From: Octopus bimaculoides
Lineage: Eukaryota
Reading direction: 5' to 3'
NCBI RefSeq assembly: GCF_001194135.2
Contig: NC_068986.1
Coordinates: 43,814,446-43,863,987 of the forward strand
DNA length: 49,542 nucleotides
Shown here: piece by piece, positions 39,354-49,542 of the stretch
Layout of the letters: the number at the start of each line of letters is the position of its first letter
Position numbering within the stretch: the stretch's first letter is position 1
The notes under the pieces: generated by a model
Databases searched by the model: none
What the model was told of the DNA's origin: nothing
Seen by the model: the letters and a program-made list of their open reading frames with translations, nothing else
Position numbers and translations under genes: made by a program

Positions 39354-39984
39354 CATAATTAACTATTGCTAATCTATTTGATATTTTCAATCTTTATTTT
39401 TTAGTATTGATTTACGCAAACAGTCTTTAATATTTTGGGGTGACAATTTTTTCTCTTATATATCCTTTTTATTTCTATTTCCTTTATCATTTAACTCCTT
39501 TTCTCTTTTTTATTCTTCTTTCTTATATGTAAACTTTTCCATTTATATAATATGTATTTTTTTTAAATACTTCCTCTCATAACTATCCCATTTTTTAAAA
39601 AAATCTTTTTTTGTGTGTCTCTTACAAATCTACTTATATTAACCAAAATCTTACAGGTGATATATGTTTATATTTACAGTAATTTTTAGTGCACAACAAT
39701 CACTTCCACAAATTGAACATACTCTCATAGATTTAGTTTATTTATCTCTTTGGTTATGCATACAAAGAGTTTTATAAAATTTCAACATTCTTTTCTCTTT
39801 ATTAGTACTATTACTATGTTTATATTTCCTTTACAATTGTTACTACTACCTATAAAGTTCTTTTCTACTTTTATATTATCACCGTTTAATATAATTCATA
39901 GGTTATACATTATATTCCATATTTCACTTATTACTTTTAAAGTTATTACATTTACATATATCATATGATATTCATATTATTATA

Positions 39985-41165
39985 CAATTGTATATAGGTT
40001 TCATCAAAATCGGATGAATTCTATAAAAGTTACAGCATAAAATATTAATCCTATGGGTTGTTGTTGTTGTTGTTGTTGTTGGCACTCCGTCGCTTACGAC
40101 GTCGAGGGTTCCAGTTGATCCGATAAACAGAACAGCCTGCTCGTGAAATTAACGTGCAAGTGGCTGAGCACTCTACAGACACGTGTACCCTTAACATAGT
40201 TCTCGGGGATATTCAGCGTAACACAGTGACAAGGCTGGCCCTTTGAAATACAGGTACAACAGAAACAGGAAGAAAGAGTGAGAGAAAGTTGTGGTGAAAG
40301 AGTACAGCAGGGTTCGCCACCATCCTCTGCCGGAGCCTCGTGGAGCTTTAGGTGTTTTCGCTCAATAAACACTCACAACGCCCGGTCTGGGAATCGAAAC
40401 CGCGATTTTATGACCGCGAGTCCGCTGCCCTAACCACTGGGCCATTGCGCCTCCACAATCCTATGGGTAATTGCATACAAAAGCCTATCGATTTCTTACA
40501 ATCCCCCGCTCACGCGCAATTATCGATTTTTGGCAACTCTTCATGCTGGCATCAACTAATAGACATGAACTGTAATTACGTGTAAAATTCCTACAAAACT
40601 GATATGAATGTCTCTAGGGAAATGCTTATTTGCATTTGTGCCCTTTTCAAGCTCTTTTGAATTAAATAAACACCTTTACCATCTCCTCCACCACAAAATT
40701 TACCTACATCTCAAATTTCATTAAAAGCGGATATAAAATATAAAAGTTACGGCCAAAAATATAATCCCTGTGGGCATTTGCACACAAAAAGCCTATTGAT
40801 TTTATGAAACCACTGCTCAGGCGCAATTATCGATTTTTTGTCAACGCCATATATTGACATCAACTCACTGCCATGAGCTTCACTAGCTCATCGATTTTCA
40901 TCAAAATCGAACAAAAATGCAAAAGCTGCAGGGAAAATAACATCGTTTTGGGAATTTCCATTCAAACGCCCGATTGAGCTCACAAAAATCGATGCCAACT
41001 GAGCATTATCGTGTTTTCAAAATAATTCCGGGCTTATTTGAACTTCAGGGCATGTGATCTACCGATGTACCAAAAATCATTAAAATCGGTTGGACAGTTT
41101 GGGAGGAGTCAGTGTAACCCCAAACACACACACAAACAGATTATACATTTATGTTTATAGATATA
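39985..41165. mobile_element. Helentron/HINE-like non-autonomous repeat with ~300-bp internal duplicated units, interrupted by a SINE
   Basis: Recurrent CAAAATCGG motifs. Diverged direct repeat of ~40460-40570 at ~40765-40875. The end resembles DINE-type termini (GGAGGAGTCAGTGTAACCCCAAACACACACACAAACAG..TATAGATATAA). The class is inferred. Confidence 0.45.
40059..40456 (-). mobile_element. SINE family B, full length, with 12-bp TSD
   Basis: TSD AATCCTATGGGT at 40047-40058 and 40457-40468, intact A and B boxes, (CAA)n tail. Confidence 0.95.
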
Positions 41166-41554
41166 AGGTATTTGTAACGTAAGCAAAATGAAATAGCTTG
41201 AACTGATTCGTGAGTTCGGTTCACAGAGATCTTTCCTCTTGTTTTACAGTATCGTATTAATAATATCTGACTTAGAATAAGGTCACAAAATTCTAGAAAG
41301 GGATATAGTCGCCTGAACTATATTACGGCTCATACATAGCACTTTGGCAGTCTCCCATTTCTACCATTTCACAAACAAATACTTTTGTAGTATTAAACGT
41401 TACAGGCTAGAAATGTTCTAGAAATAATGTTATCGCCTTTTTCATCGAGGAGGGAAGACAATTTTAAAAAGTATATAGTAATTTTTACAGAACTTTGAAA
41501 TTAGATGCAGTGTAGCGTTGTCAGGGACCATATCGAAGATTCGAACGACGGAAA

Positions 41555-41981
41555 TTTTGACACATGGCCAGTAGTGTTTGGAGTAGAGGTTGAGTTAACC
41601 CCAGTGCTTCACTGGTTCTTATTTTATCGACCGCAGAAGGATGAGAGGCAAGTCGACCTCGGCTGAATTTGAAGTCAGTACGTAAAGATTGACGAAATGC
41701 AGCTATTTTGCTCGTCAGGCTAAGGATTCTGACACTGCGTCGCCTTATTTTGACACTACACTGGTTTCAAATTTTGGTACAAGGCCAGCAATTTCAAGGG
41801 TGCGGCTAAGTCGATTACATCGACTCCAGTGATCATTTCAATTGGTACTTATTTTATCGACCCCGAAAGGATGAAAGGCAAAGTCGACCTCGGTGGAATT
41901 TAAATTCAGAATGTACACACGGACGAAATGCCGCTGAGTATTTTGCCTGGCGTGCAAACGATTGTGCCAGCTCACCACCTT
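41555..41981 (-). mobile_element. Tandem pair of family C SINEs
   Basis: Two head-to-tail units, each followed on + by CCTTATTTTGACACTA (41743-41758, 41978-41993). Confidence 0.85.
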
Positions 41982-43120
41982 ATTTTGACACTATAGTACA
42001 AACCGAAAATGTTAAGTGAAGTTTACAGTTTTTGTGCGTTTCTGAAAGGCTAACATGTGTCTTCCATTCTGCAATCCTTTTTGTTTCTATCTCAGATCAA
42101 ATCATTTGTCTCCGTAAAATGAATTTCAACTAGGCAGGAAATGTCATCTTTTTGAACCGGTAGGATGTAAGTTACAAATATGATCCGTTGTTATAAGGCC
42201 TCATCAGTGAAGCATCAGTGAAGCAGTCAATCAGTGAACTAAATTTTTTTAGAAGTACAAAACAACCACTAGGTTTTTGTTTCCTTCTCCCAGTAAAAAA
42301 CATATTTCAGTTCTTTAGAAAATTTTACACAATATCGATTATGCTAAAATTTATTGTGTGAAATAGAAATTTTCTAAAATGAAAAAAGAAAACACTTCAA
42401 TAAACTGCGCGGATACGCGAAAATATAACTGTTTCATTTTTAACTTGGAAAATTGTTTTGGAATTTAAAAAAGGAAAAAGTTTGACAGAATCAATCTACG
42501 CTTTTTCAAGCAAACAATTTTTAAAAATTATTCCAGGGAAAACAAAAAATAATAAGTTACAGGTAGTGGGGAATACAAACATTGAAATTTCGGTTTTCAT
42601 TTGTTTTTGTTTTTTGTTTTTTTTGTTTTGTTTTTTTCCAAGAATTGTAATCTTTCATGTTTAGAGCATAGAAATCTGGGGAATTAAAAAATAGAGAAGT
42701 TATGGCTGGTTAAGTGGTGTGCTTATTCCAAAACTCCGTCTGTCTGTCTGTCTATCAGTTTACTTATATACATCTATCTCTGTTCATATTTATCATTTAT
42801 GTACGTCTGGTTGTAAAATTTGTACAGAAGTATTTGGAGAACGGTGCTATGTGTGTTCTGAGTACTTTGTTTGTGTGCCTTTTTTTGAGGAGGTTTTAGA
42901 AGATGGTGTAGGTATAGATTTAAAAGTATTAGTCAGATTACGAATCCACTGTTACTTTATACAGTACGTAAGTTTCATAATTTGCTCGCCTAATTTTTGC
43001 GTTGTGGTTGTGTGTGTGTGTGCGTATGCGTATGTGTCTGTGTGGGTAGGTGCGTTATGTATGCCTGATGAGATTTGGAGAGGGGGAGGTCAATTGGTAA
43101 GATATATAAATATATGTTCA

Positions 43121-43330
43121 AAGGTGGCGAGCTGGCAGAATCGTTAGCATGCTGGGGAAAATTCTTAGCAACACTTCGTCCATCTTTCCGTTCTGAGTTC
43201 AAATTCCGCCGAAGTCAACTTTATCTCTCATTCTTTAGGGGTCGATAAAATAAGTACCATGTGATCACTGGGGTCGATCTAATCGACCTATCCCTCCCAC
43301 GAAATTGCTGGCCTTGTGTAAAAATTTGAA
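43121..43330 (+). mobile_element. SINE family C, single copy
   Basis: AAGGTGGCGAGCTGGCAGAATCGTTAGC head, GAGTTCAAATTCC B box, C core. Confidence 0.85.
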
Positions 43331-44286
43331 GTCTGTGCGCGTGCGTATGTTTGTGTTTGTGTCTGCTTGTGTGTGTTCATTATATTAATTCCTATCGTAT
43401 TTCTGTTTTGTATTTGGAAATCGGTTCATTTCTAGCGTGGTATTGTCTCTTGTTAGTTTACGGGTATCATTTGTGATATCAATGTACTAAATGCAGGATT
43501 AAAACCTCCATTGCAATACGGGCTGTCTAATTTGATTTGAGTATAATTAACAATAAGCAATGTCCTACGTCGATGTAGTAAAACTGCTTCCTGATGTTAA
43601 TAAAAAAAATCTTTAAGTTGTATAAAAAATGTTAATGATATATTGATAATTGTTAAACCTTTACATCAGATTTACGAATTTTATTTTTATGTAACACGTA
43701 TTGTGAAGATTTTTTTAAACCTATTTATTCTGTATTAATCTGTGATGTTAAGGAAGGGGGATATTAATGGTATTTCCTATGTTTCTCATTGTAGTTGCCC
43801 TTGTTAGAGTTTTTTAATGTTATGTAGTTTGTGGAACTTTTATAAATGGTATTGCTTTATTGTATTATACCTTTTATCTTTTACCTGTTTCCGTCATTTG
43901 ACTGCGGCCGCGTATTCACATTCGGCAGTGTATTCACATTCGGCAGTGTAAATTTTGGAAGTGTTGGTTGGATATCAGTTGCACGATGTCGCTCGATCGT
44001 GTGCATATTTAACCTTAGCACTTTCAAATTTTATAATTGGAGATGCTACACTGAAGAGAGAAGTAAGTAATTAAAACACTTTAATCTCGAAACACGTCTG
44101 TGGCTAATCGGAGTCATGTAAATTCATTGTTTTTCTCTTTGCCTACATAAAAAAGTGTGTTACTGTCGTGGAAATTCTTACAGTTGTAGAAAAGGAATTT
44201 TTAACTCCTATTTCTAAATTCGGTATGTGGTGAAGCAATTAGCTGCCCCCTAATTATAATTATGCTTATAATTATAGAATATTTAC

Positions 44287-44370
<84 letters not shown>

Positions 44371-45082
44371 TAGAAGAATATTAGAGTGTAAATTATATTA
44401 GCATGAAACATTGTCTGATATGGATAGATATTTTCTTAACCAAGACAATGCGAATTATAAGATATAATACAAATTGATGGTTTGAATTTTTGCCTTCTAT
44501 TTCAATAGTTCGGGGTTAGGACTCCTTCTTCAAGAAATCTTCGGGGATATGGTATTGTGAGATTTCCTGAAGAAGGAGACATAACTCTGAAATATTGAAA
44601 TACAAGGTAAAAATACAAAGCATCTTCTTTTGGCTTTCAAGGAAAAGTAATTAAAAAACATTTACATGTGTGTATATGTATGCGTGCGCGCGCACGTGTG
44701 TGTGTGTGTATATGTGTGTGTATATACGTGTATATCTATCATGAGCAAATTTGAAAACAATATTGATATTATATATATGTGAAATTTTATGTGTGAGCGT
44801 GCGTGTGTGTATGTGTTCATGTTTGTCTGAACTGAATGAGATAGAGGGTTTTTAGATTCCATTGTAGTTGTGTAGCGAGGCGCCCGAATATGTTCCTCTG
44901 TGTCAGAAGATCATTTATTTTTTTCGGGTAGTGAGAGAGAGTGGGAAGGTTAGTGTTTGCTGCAGCAAAAAAAAACTTCCTGCTGAGCGTCCAGATTCCG
45001 AATTTCCTTCTTGTTCATTTGCTGTAGCACGATACCTACATTGAAACAGTGCTTTACAGGAATCATCACTTAAACACCTCTA

Positions 45083-45412
45083 GATGACGACGACGACGAC
45101 AACGATGACAACGACGATGACAAAGATTACGATGGTGATGATGATGATGATCATGATGATCATGATGACGACGATGATGATGACGACGATGATGATGACG
45201 ACGACAAGGAGGTGGAAGGAAGAAGGAGGTGGCTGATAAGGATGATTACGACGACGACGACGATGATGATGATGGTGGTAGTGGTGGTCGTGGTCGTAAT
45301 GATGATGCGAAGCAGGAAGAGTAGGGGGTAGTCCTGATGATGGTAGTGGTGGTGCTGGTGCTGGTGTTGGTGCTGGTGGGGGCGATGGTGGTGTAATGAC
45401 GATGTTGATGAA
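45083..45412. repeat. Compound GAY/GGT trinucleotide low-complexity tract
   Basis: Direct. The triplet phase shifts several times, so there is no continuous frame. Confidence 0.85.
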
Positions 45413-45939
45413 GGTATCGATAAATCTTTAAAGATTTGTATTAGAATACTCATTTGCAAGCATGCACACAAATTCTCCTCAGAGGTTTTTCTGATCATTC
45501 GGTACGCACACATCCTGATTAATTAACTGATACGCTTTGAGGCAACGAGGGAGAAAACTCTATTCAGTACATCAATATGCGGGAAATACAATCGTAAAAC
45601 AATACCCTACCGTCTTAATAAATGTTGTACTTATAGGATAATTTCGTTGTCTCTCCTAAGGGTCATTGTGAATAACGTTTTCCATATATATAATGTCTAA
45701 TGAAAGGGCAAAAGAAAAAACTGAATCATCAAATTGGAACGTCCGTAATCATATATACGAGTTATTTGAGGTCTGAGCTAAGTTTGAACAACTATAACAG
45801 TATCAACAATAACACCTAATATTACTTTTTTTTTTATTGAGAATACCATATACGACAGAACTGATAAATCAGCAGAGTCAATCGAGAGGTCAAGAGGTCG
45901 GAATTTTTATCCAGACCATAATACTGCGTCATGTTTATA

Positions 45940-46310
45940 ACCAAGAACTTCATGTCAATCAAACAACCCGGAATACATTCAAGGAGCTTCAGAGAATCGA
46001 ACTGATGTCACACCTATGGCTCGCTTCCTGCCCTCGCCGCGCCTCATTAACCAAGAGGAGGTGGAAATTTCATCCGAGGTGTTTACATCATTTGACCAAA
46101 CACCAAAGAAGTAAGCAGCCAATTCGTTTATATATTCAACAAAGCCGCTAGATACATGGAACTGAAGCTACTAATCTGCATATCACAAGTCTTTAAAACT
46201 TTGTTTTTAGTAATGGGGATCCCAGTCCACGTAGTATCAAATATATGTGTATGTACATACATACACGTATGTATGTACCTTTGCATGTGCGTGCGTGCGT
46301 GCGTGCGTGC

Positions 46311-46396
<86 letters not shown>

Positions 46397-46740
46397 AAAG
46401 TTGAATGTAGCGGGATTTGAACACAGAACGTAAAGGGATGTCATTAAGTACCAAATGTCCTTCATTCGTTCCTTTACCATTTTTACCACTCGTTTTTTTT
46501 TTCAGTTCTCTAAATGCGATCCAACGAGAGAGCCTCTGCGTGGAGTCCTGTCCGCAAGAAATAGCAGCCAAATCTCCCTCAACTTACACTCTACCATCGG
46601 AGAAAGAAAATAACATATTGTCTAATGTATCTCCGATTAACGCTAAAAAGACAAACTTTTCATGGTCTTTGGTTATAGGTCTCTGTAATCACGCTTTTCC
46701 CTGGGTTAAACAACTTCTTCGTGTATTGTACGTTTATTAA
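45940..46740 (+). CDS. Candidate two-exon coding segment (about 45940/46016-46110 and 46506-46740), product unknown
   Basis: Unique, GC-richer sequence. Donor GAA|gtaagc at 46111 and acceptor ttttttttttcag at 46505 join in frame: ..NNPEYIQG..MARFLPSPRLINQEEVEISSEVFTSFDQTPK/N/SLNAIQRESLCVESCPQEIAAKSP... No family recognised, and a minus-strand model is equally constructible. Confidence 0.3.
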
Positions 46741-47650
46741 ATAAAATTTAGTAAAAAAAAAATCTAATCTAGAAACAATTTCCCTTTCTTTTCATGCTTT
46801 CTCAATGTTTTCTACTTTCCTGGAGAGCCTTTTATAGAATATGAATAAATCCTGTAAGCACTGTGCATACTGGATTCATTATCCGGTTTCGGTTCCCAGT
46901 CGATACCATTTACTTCCTTTCATTCGTATCCTTAATCCCCTTGCTATATTATAAAGTATGATTGTCCACTTTTACTTCTAAATTCAACTTATTGTGACTA
47001 CGTAAGGAATCAATAATGCTTATTGGGCTGATGCATTGCAATAGTTCTATATTTGTCGCCATTAACATGAGAGAACTTCTAAAGGAAATTTGGCGTCGGG
47101 GCTTGAAGATTGTAAATCCTTAATTACTGATTCAGTTGGCATGCTTATGCAAGGAGAAATTTTAACAGAATGCAAATGAAGCACTTTCTACCTGACTTAG
47201 CAAAAACGAAGCAAACATAGATTGTTACATTTTAAAACAGAGCAAAATGTATTGATACAAAGGAAACTCATGAGAAACAACTAAGAAGTAAGAACCTATT
47301 TTGACTCGAACCCATTGATACTTCGCTGTAATGACTACTATATTGTGCGTCCTTTACAGGAATACATACTCCCCACAAGCATGTTTAGAATAGCACTCAT
47401 AGAATTTACAGATTGTTTTGAATTCGATCTTAGCACAGTCCATGTCTTGTATGTCGTCTTTTAATTTAATTTTGACTCAATTTTGTCAAAGAATTTCCTA
47501 ATTATTATAGGATACAGAGAATAGTGACTTTCATCCATTTTAACCCAATCACCCTAAATTGGCAATACGCTTAAAGAATTATTCATTGAAGTTATTTTTT
47601 TTTTCAGTGTATGATTTGCGTAAGATAGTAAATTTACTTGTGTGTGTATC

Positions 47651-47681
<31 letters not shown>

Positions 47682-49410
47682 CTATGTGTGCATCTGTCTC
47701 TGCGTGTGTATGTGTCTGTGTGTATGTGTATGTCTCTGTGTGTGAATATATATGTGTATCAACACGTCAGCAAAACTAGCAATTCGTGCAGAAGCAGTAT
47801 AAATGACTGAAATTTTTAAGACGCTCAGCAGAGAAAAGAACACACGTTCTAAGTGCTCCTTTTCAGTTACATTGCTTTCGGTCTTAGCATTGCATCCACT
47901 GTAAGAAACAGGTATATGTGTGTGAATGCATATATATANNNNNNNNNNNNNNNNNNNNNNNNNNNNNNNNNNNNNNNNNNNNNNNNNNNNNNNNNNNNNN
48001 NNNNNNNNNNNNNNNNNNNNNNNNNNNNNNNNNNNNNNNNNNNNNNNNNNNNNNNNNNNNNNNNNNNNNNNNNNNNNNNNNNNNNNNNNNNNNNNNNNNN
48101 NNNNNNNNNNNNNNNNNNNNNNNNNNNNNNNNNNNNNNNNNNNNNNNNNNNNNNNNNNNNNNNNNNNNNNNNNNNNNNNNNNNNNNNNNNNNNNNNNNNN
48201 NNNNNNNNNNNNNNNNNNNNNNNNNNNNNNNNNNNNNNNNNNNNNNNNNNNNNNNNNNNNNNNNNNNNNNNNNNNNNNNNNNNNNNNNNNNNNNNNNNNN
48301 NNNNNNNNNNNNNNNNNNNNNNNNNNNNNNNNNNNNNNNNNNNNNNNNNNNNNNNNNNNNNNNNNNNNNNNNNNNNNNNNNNNNNNNNNNNNNNNNNNNN
48401 NNNNNNNNNNNNNNNNNNNNNNNNNNNNNNNNNNNNNNNNNNNNNNNNNNNNNNNNNNNNNNNNNNNNNNNNNNNNNNNNNNNNNNNNNNNNNNNNNNNN
48501 NNNNNNNNNNNNNNNNNNNNNNNNNNNNNNNNNNNNNNNNNNNNNNNNNNNNNNNNNNNNNNNNNNNNNNNNNNNNNNNNNNNNNNNNNNNNNNNNNNNN
48601 NNNNNNNNNNNNNNNNNNNNNNNNNNNNNNNNNNNNNNNNNNNNNNNNNNNNNNNNNNNNNNNNNNNNNNNNNNNNNNNNNNNNNNNNNNNNNNNNNNNN
48701 NNNNNNNNNNNNNNNNNNNNNNNNNNNNNNNNNNNNNNNNNNNNNNNNNNNNNNNNNNNNNNNNNNNNNNNNNNNNNNNNNNNNNNNNNNNNNNNNNNNN
48801 NNNNNNNNNNNNNNNNNNNNNNNNNNNNNNNNNNNNNNNNNNNNNNNNNNNNNNTATATATATGTTTATATGGTAAAAATTATTAAAGAATAATAATTTA
48901 TATCAATGGCTAGCATGCATAAAAATTATCAGTAGACATAAATATTTTTACAATATATATTAGTTAATTCCATACTCCGAAGTTTCACCATTAATAATTA
49001 CATAAATCAATTAATTAATCAATCAATTCATGAATTAACCTTCCGTGGATCCTCAGTAGAATCGCTGGGACATATAATTCTAAAATTCGAATACGCACCG
49101 AAGCAAAAAGAAAACACATGCATACTGAGTTTCATCGTTACACATCAAGAATTCAAATCAAATGACCTCAATCATTGTGCCGACCTAGAATAATACAGCA
49201 GTGAATATAAATTCAACAGTGAATTATCTGAGTATAGAATTAACTGCTATTTTAATTCTTTCAAATTGCCCTGCTCGCTTACAATCAAAGTGCCCTAAAT
49301 AAGAATGTCCTTTCAAGGTTTGGGAATTTGACTGCATTTTTAACATGTAAGAAGACCACAGAGTCGTTTTCTCTCCGTGTATAAATTTTATACACTCATA
49401 TATATTGTAA

Positions 49411-49444
<34 letters not shown>

Positions 49445-49542
49445 ATTGTCGATTTGTGCGTCTGTGTTTGTCCCCCACCATCACTTGACAACCGATGTTG
49501 GTGTGTTTACGTCCCCGTAAATTAGCAGTTCGTCAAAAGATA

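Noticed and set aside
45083-45412. Asp/Gly-rich biomineralisation-type protein
   Set aside because: The triplet phase shifts and stops interrupt the acidic frame, as expected of a compound microsatellite.
44019-47911. Further small + exon candidates (44019-44062 LSNFIIGDATLKRE; 47867-47911 YIAFGLSIASTVRN)
   Set aside because: Plausible splice signals but no homology or secure phase chain; insufficient without RNA data.

Overview
Eukaryotic, AT-rich, repeat-dominated draft-assembly window with six N gaps. The SINE families and dense (TA)n/(TG)n/(GATA)n microsatellites suggest an octopod (Octopus) genome; this is recognition by eye, not a database result. The window contains no intact long gene, rRNA, true tRNA gene or CRISPR array. 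Supportable content: three tRNA-headed SINE families (called A, B, C here); decayed retroelements (a ~2.7 kb Hero-like restriction-endonuclease LINE, two Penelope-like pieces, Tx1/L1-like ORF1 pieces, a CR1/L2-like 3' end, a possible RTE piece); and DNA transposon remnants (mariner, Tc1-like, two maT-type, hAT-Charlie, Chapaev-like, a MITE, a Helentron/HINE-like repeat). Weak evidence exists for short spliced exons, mainly on the + strand, and for a GC-richer exon-like pair at 45.9-46.7 kb. I do not find a demonstrable new biological system. The best leads are a cluster of fold-back inverted repeats at 30.8-36.9 kb (two near-perfect hairpins with 38-40 nt loops, one with a nearby template donor) and repeated tandem same-site stacking of SINE family C. 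Both need read-level validation because assembly artefacts can mimic them.
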